DNA of 64,000 nucleotides from an uncultured Gammaproteobacteria bacterium (GTDB lineage Bacteria; Pseudomonadota; Gammaproteobacteria; JAURND01): NCBI GenBank assembly GCA_963797335.1, contig CAWCOU010000006.1, positions 10,108 to 74,107 of the forward strand, read 5' to 3'. Shown piece by piece: positions 59,225 to 64,000 of this stretch (position 1 is its first letter; each line of letters starts with the position of its first letter). The notes under the pieces were generated by a model. It saw only the letters and a program-made list of their open reading frames with translations, ran no database searches and was not told where the DNA came from. The position numbers and the translations under genes were made by a program.

Positions 59225-61579
59225 CTAATTGATTTTTTCTGGGGTTAAGGGCCAATTACGGATGTTAATTTCTCGTTGTGGGAAGGCGATATCAATATTA
59301 TGTTTGCGGAACTCATTATTGATGGCAAAGTGCAAATCGCTTTGCACATCAGCCTTACTATTCACATCCGTCACTAAGCACCATAATTCAAAATTCAAAC
59401 TACTGTCGCCAAAGGTTTTAAAATAAACAGTTGGCTCATGACCTTTAATATTGGTAATCACCAAGGGATGGGCGTAGGCAATTTCTAATAACAATTTTTT
59501 CGTCAACGCGGTATTACTGCCGTAGGTGACACCGACTGCGACACTGATTTTGTAATTAGTATCGTACAGCATGTAATTAGTTACTTGTTTTGCAATCAGT
59601 TCGGAATTGGGAACTATCACGTCTGAACGTTGCAAGGTGATGATGTGTGTGGAACGAATGCTGATGCGCCGCACATAACCTTCGGTTTCACCCACGATAA
59701 TACGATCACCGGGCTTGATAGGTCGCTCCACCAGTAAAATAATCCCGGAGACAAAATTATTAACAATGTTTTGCAGACCAAAACCAATACCCACCGATAG
59801 GGCACCCGCGACAATCGCCAGCCCTGAAAAATTAACGCCGGCGATTAACAAGCCAATGAGCAAGGCAATGGCAAAGCCAATATAGCCAAGAATAGCCGCT
59901 AGGGCTTCGCGATTACCTTGTCCTATGGAAAGCTCAGCGCGCTTAGCAATATGGTGCCGTAATAATCGGGTGCAAAGTGTTAAAGAAATAAACAGTAAGG
60001 CTGCAAAAATAATTCGGGCTGGAACGATGAGAATAGTGGTAATTTTAAACCCTTGCAGCAGAGCACTCAGCATTATTTGAAAACTGGTTTGAGCAACCCC
60101 CCATGTTTTTAAAAACACCAGCAAAAAGAGAGTCCAGATAATCAAATACAATACCGCGCGTAACCACAATAGCTCAGGCAATGTTTCGTAATATTTAAGA
60201 CCGAGGAGACGCTTAAATTTTTGTTGCCAATTAGGCCCCGGGGTTTGTGGATCATTTAACAAAAGGGTGACTAATCGTTGCAAGGTTCTGGCCACGTAAA
60301 CGGCCAATACCGTAACAGCTAGACCATTGAGCAAATAACTGGCTAATAAATGAAAACCTAACCATTCACCGATGAGAATAATGATGAGTAAAGAGCTTAA
60401 ACCAAAATTGAGTAAAAACCGAACCCCTCGGTAGTGATAAAGTAATTTAGGCATACTTTTCACTAACCAAATAACGGCTATGAGGCAAATACTAAACAGC
60501 GTAATAAAAAACGTACGGGATAAATCCAGCAGCGAATCGGGGATGTTTTGATCGCCAAATAGCACATGCAATGCAAACGCAATCAAGCAAATATCGGCCA
60601 GAAATTTTAATCGATTCGTTAATTTTCTGGCGATGGTTTCGGGTAACTGACTAAAACCTTGGGCTGGTTTAGGAGGGTAGAAGAAAAATCGAACCAAAAT
60701 CAGGAATAATAAATAGCCCAGCACGCCATAGCTAAGGGTTGCCAAAAACGGTAGATTATCTAATGAAAATAAAATAACGAGAACAGTGATAGCCAACGCG
60801 AATATAAAAACAGGCACCAAATAAATCAAGTATTTGCAAACGGCTAGAGTAAACGCCTGTACTAATTGCTGACCCAACGTGGTTGGGCTATTTTTCATAA
60901 GGCCGCGAAGTAATTTTCTTAAATAGATGCCTATAGCTAAACCAAACAAGATCAACGCGCCGACAATGACGCAGGTGGTATTATTGAAAAGATAGAATCC
61001 GCTTTGTTCTAAAAAAAGACCGGTATTAAAATTACTATAAAATTGCTGGAAATTACTGGGGAAATTGCCAACATTGTAAAAGATATTGGGTTCAGAGTAG
61101 AGAAACTCTGTTTTGACTAGAAGACGCAATCGCTCGGTTAAGGTCGTAATGACCTCATCAGATTTTAAAATATATAATCGGCAGGAGGAAAGATCGTTAG
61201 CTAGTTGGTCTTTTTTGGTGGATAGGAATTTGAGTTCCGCTACGGAAGCGCTGGTTTTGCTGGAAGTGCTGATTTGACTTAGCTGTTTATTCAGAGTATC
61301 AAGCAGATTATTGTCTTCGTCGACACATTTTTTGGCTAAGGCTTCAAATTTAGTAAGCTGCAGTAAATCGCCGCGCAGTTCACTCAGGCCGGCTTTTTCC
61401 ACGGCGGCGCGGGTATTGTATTTGTTAAGTACCTTATTGGCGATTTTAGAGTCGAATCGTTGTTCAAGGTGGTTCGAAAAGTCGATCAATGCCGCTTGAC
61501 TGGTCAGCGTCAGGCAGAGTAAACACCCCAAAAAGAGGAAACGACGTAAAAACATGCATACACCTCGCCACAAATTCAT
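59225..61579 (-). CDS. Mechanosensitive channel of the MscK/MscM (KefA) family.
   Basis: Signal peptide, periplasmic coiled-coil region, about 11 TM segments and a C-terminal MscS domain (GFGLQNIVNNFVSGIILLVERP). Confidence 0.8.
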   Translation of the reverse strand: MNLWRGVCMFLRRFLFLGCLLCLTLTSQAALIDFSNHLEQRFDSKIANKVLNKYNTRAAVEKAGLSELRGDLLQLTKFEALAKKCVDEDNNLLDTLNKQLSQISTSSKTSASVAELKFLSTKKDQLANDLSSCRLYILKSDEVITTLTERLRLLVKTEFLYSEPNIFYNVGNFPSNFQQFYSNFNTGLFLEQSGFYLFNNTTCVIVGALILFGLAIGIYLRKLLRGLMKNSPTTLGQQLVQAFTLAVCKYLIYLVPVFIFALAITVLVILFSLDNLPFLATLSYGVLGYLLFLILVRFFFYPPKPAQGFSQLPETIARKLTNRLKFLADICLIAFALHVLFGDQNIPDSLLDLSRTFFITLFSICLIAVIWLVKSMPKLLYHYRGVRFLLNFGLSSLLIIILIGEWLGFHLLASYLLNGLAVTVLAVYVARTLQRLVTLLLNDPQTPGPNWQQKFKRLLGLKYYETLPELLWLRAVLYLIIWTLFLLVFLKTWGVAQTSFQIMLSALLQGFKITTILIVPARIIFAALLFISLTLCTRLLRHHIAKRAELSIGQGNREALAAILGYIGFAIALLIGLLIAGVNFSGLAIVAGALSVGIGFGLQNIVNNFVSGIILLVERPIKPGDRIIVGETEGYVRRISIRSTHIITLQRSDVIVPNSELIAKQVTNYMLYDTNYKISVAVGVTYGSNTALTKKLLLEIAYAHPLVITNIKGHEPTVYFKTFGDSSLNFELWCLVTDVNSKADVQSDLHFAINNEFRKHNIDIAFPQREINIRNWPLTPEKIN

Positions 61580-61769
61580 TAGATTTTACCCTTAAAAAGA
61601 CATTTCCGGTAGGTAAATTTTCAATCCCTGGGTTGCAATACGAGGCGTGATGAGTGATTATCTACCCTAAATTCCCAGTAGCTACTCGCAGGTTCCGAGA
61701 TGGATGCCGGGACGACGGTAATAAGGGCTGCGAGTAGGGTACGCTTTCCCACTTAACTCATGCGCAATT

Positions 61770-62384
61770 ATGTTAACAGTCAATGACTTAGCCTGTATTC
61801 GCCACGGCCAACTTCTTTTTCATCACCTGCATTTTCAACTGCAGCCGGGAGAGTTGCTTCATATCCAGGGCGCCAACGGCTCAGGCAAATCCAGCCTTTT
61901 GCTCATGTTGCTGGGATTATTACCCCCTCATCGAGGTAGCATACACTGGCAAAACGAAGCCATTACTAGCCTGGGCAGCCTGTACTACCAACATTTGGTT
62001 CACATTGGTCATAAAATAGGCATAAAAAACCAGTTAACGGTGAATGAGAACTTACGCCTGGTCATGCAGTTCGGTTCAGGAAAAACAAAGATTTCTTTGC
62101 CTGAAGTGCTGCAATCCCTGGGATTGACGGCCCACAGCCAGCGTCTGTGCGTCCACTTATCCGCTGGACAACGCCAGCGTGTGGCTCTGGCCCGATTATT
62201 GCTACTAGACAGGCCGCTATGGATTTTAGATGAACCATTTACCGCCATTGATGCGGCAACCCTCACGTATCTAGAAGAAAAGCTAGCTCAGCACGTTTCC
62301 CAAGGAGGTATGGCGATTATCACCCACCATCGTCGCTTAGCTTTACCTAAGGTCATGATTAAATATGTGCAGTTGGGGTCGTAA
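61770..62384 (+). CDS. ccmA: Cytochrome c biogenesis (heme exporter) ATPase.
   Basis: Collinear with E. coli CcmA (GANGSGKSSLL, LSAGQRQR). Confidence 0.8.
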   Translation: MLTVNDLACIRHGQLLFHHLHFQLQPGELLHIQGANGSGKSSLLLMLLGLLPPHRGSIHWQNEAITSLGSLYYQHLVHIGHKIGIKNQLTVNENLRLVMQFGSGKTKISLPEVLQSLGLTAHSQRLCVHLSAGQRQRVALARLLLLDRPLWILDEPFTAIDAATLTYLEEKLAQHVSQGGMAIITHHRRLALPKVMIKYVQLGS

Positions 62385-63058
62385 TGTTGTTACTACGCCA
62401 TCTTTCCATTCTTTTCTGGCATGATCTACTCATGGCTTATCGTTGCCGAGCCGATTGGGTGCATACCTGGCTTTTTTTCCTATTAGTCGTTTGTCTGTTT
62501 CCGTTGGCAATTACCCCTGATAAATCCGTGTTACATACCCTGGCGCCAGGATTGATTTGGATCGCCGCACTACTGGCTATATTACTGGCTTTAGCGCAGT
62601 TTCTTCGTCCCGATTATGAGGATGGTAGTTTGACGGGGTTGTTACTAAGCCCACACCCTCTGCCCATGCTCATATTAGCGAAAATCCTGGCTCATTGGTT
62701 TATTAGTACGGCGCCGTTGTTAGTCATAACGCCGTTGTTGGCCATATTGCTCAACATGACCGGCCAAGAAACCCTAATATTGTTACTCACACTATTGCTA
62801 GGAACGCCTATACTTAGCTTTATTGGTGCTATCGCCATGTCTTTAACGGTCAGTTTGCGGCATAATGGCGTATTGCTCATGCTATTGATTTTGCCTTTAT
62901 GTACACCGGTGTTAATTTTTGCCACCGGCGCGGTCATGAATGTCAGTGCCGGCTTATCGGCTAGCGGGCCGTTGGCGTTACTGGCGGCCATGTTGATTTT
63001 GAGCCTGGTTTTGGCTCCTTTTGCGGTTAGCGCGGCCCTTCGGCTGTGCGAATATTAG
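62384..63058 (+). CDS. ccmB: Heme exporter permease CcmB.
   Basis: Collinear with E. coli CcmB (PGLIWIAALL, DGSL, LLGTP, LPL..P.LIFATGA). Confidence 0.8.
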   Translation: MLLLRHLSILFWHDLLMAYRCRADWVHTWLFFLLVVCLFPLAITPDKSVLHTLAPGLIWIAALLAILLALAQFLRPDYEDGSLTGLLLSPHPLPMLILAKILAHWFISTAPLLVITPLLAILLNMTGQETLILLLTLLLGTPILSFIGAIAMSLTVSLRHNGVLLMLLILPLCTPVLIFATGAVMNVSAGLSASGPLALLAAMLILSLVLAPFAVSAALRLCEY

Positions 63059-63069
63059 GTACAGCTGCC

Positions 63070-63969
63070 ATGATGATTCATTTGAAACACCGTATAGGCA
63101 AAAATAAACAATTAACCAAAAAAATAGCACTTATCAGTGTACTGGTTGTTATTTTGTTGGCTTTTATGGGTTATTGGTGGCATGGCCAACGGTACATCAG
63201 CACCGACGATGCCTACGTAAATGCTCATGTGGTGCGAATGGCTTCGTTAGTGACCGGCCAAGTTGCGCAACTGAATGTGCAAAATAACCAATACGTGCGC
63301 CAAGGCCAACTGCTCTTTTCTTTGAATACAGACACCTTTCAAGCCGCAGTCGATAAAGCCAATGCCCAAGTGGCCATTAATGAGGCGCAGAAATGGGATG
63401 CGCAATTAACTGCAGACCGAATCGCTAACCTCGTTAAACGAAAAGCGGCGTCACCACAAGAACAAGATAGCGCCAATGCAAAATTAGCGGCTCTTGACGC
63501 TTCCGTTCGTTCAGCGCAGGCTGATTTAAAGCAAGCACAATTAGATTTGTTGCATACCCGCATTTATGCGCCCACCAGTGGCTGGGTGACCGAAATTACG
63601 CTTAGGGTTGGCAACGTGGTTGAGGAAAATCAGCCACTATTCATGTTAATCAGTGATGCCGAATATTGGGTTGACGCCAACTTTAAAGAAACCCAGCTAG
63701 AGAGAATAAAACCGGGTATGCGGGCGGATATTAAGTTAGATATGTATCGGGATAAAACCTTTACGGGTTATGTGCAAAGCATTAGTAATAGCAGCGGAGT
63801 CGCCTTTTCGTTATTACCGCCGCAAAATGCCACCGGTAATTGGGTTAAAATTACTCAACGAGTGCCAGTGCGCATAAAAATTATCCATCCCGATCCGAAG
63901 TATCCACTGCGGGTGGGATCAACAGCAACGGTGACCATTCACCTCCGCGATAAAAGACTCACTAATTGA
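63070..63969 (+). CDS. emrA: HlyD-family membrane fusion protein (EmrA-like).
   Basis: N-terminal TM segment, STDDAYV motif, coiled-coil and beta-barrel domain. Confidence 0.75.
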   Translation: MMIHLKHRIGKNKQLTKKIALISVLVVILLAFMGYWWHGQRYISTDDAYVNAHVVRMASLVTGQVAQLNVQNNQYVRQGQLLFSLNTDTFQAAVDKANAQVAINEAQKWDAQLTADRIANLVKRKAASPQEQDSANAKLAALDASVRSAQADLKQAQLDLLHTRIYAPTSGWVTEITLRVGNVVEENQPLFMLISDAEYWVDANFKETQLERIKPGMRADIKLDMYRDKTFTGYVQSISNSSGVAFSLLPPQNATGNWVKITQRVPVRIKIIHPDPKYPLRVGSTATVTIHLRDKRLTN

Positions 63970-63971
63970 CT

Positions 63972-64000
63972 ATGAGCAATCTCGAACAGCTTCCCGCTAC
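63972..64000 (+). CDS. Start of a downstream ORF, possibly the EmrB-like MFS partner. Only about 10 codons are visible.
   Basis: ATG 2 nt after the emrA stop. Too short to assess. Confidence 0.2.

Overview
This window reads as a gamma-proteobacterial (Legionellales-type) chromosome at about 42% GC, with a conserved housekeeping backbone. The gene content, several miniature inverted-repeat (MITE-like) families, GC-rich palindromic intergenic repeats and large Sel1-repeat proteins that look eukaryotic are most consistent with Coxiella burnetii. That assignment is inference from the sequence, not a database result.

Backbone genes, in order:
- ald
- yceD-rpmF-plsX-fabH-fabD-fabG-acpP-fabF
- mltG-tmk-scpA-scpB-rluB
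- a POT peptide transporter
- ribD, ribBA
- lpoA-yraN-diaA-dolP
- cca
- lptM-lysA
- ffh, divergent from ypjD-yfjD
- an RND efflux pair
- a kefB-like gene, sbcB, trpS
- msbA-lpxK
- a PPTase, comEA, an mscK-like channel
- ccmAB, emrA

The first ~10.4 kb is different. It is a compositionally atypical, AT-rich block of four large ORFan genes with internal repeats. Two are Sel1-repeat proteins, and one of those runs off the window edge and is absent from the supplied ORF track. I interpret the block as a candidate island of Dot/Icm-type secreted effectors. This is the most novel content in the window. A second protein of the same style sits at 47226-49265.

The intergenic space holds at least three dispersed repeat families:
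- a ~300-bp MITE with 38-bp terminal inverted repeats, present twice in opposite orientation;
- a 'CCTTCTCCCACAAGGGGAGAAGG' palindromic element family with four loci;
- a 'CGTCGTCCCGCGG-CTTGT-CCGCGGGA' hairpin family with four loci.

Other points: an apparent frameshift at the scpB start, a 624-bp gene-free region upstream of cca, an odd four-gene cassette (PTPS-like, MidA-like methyltransferase, DgoK-like kinase, esterase), and a G9 tract inside the 1641-aa gene. I found no rRNA genes, tRNA genes, CRISPR arrays, transposases or integrases.
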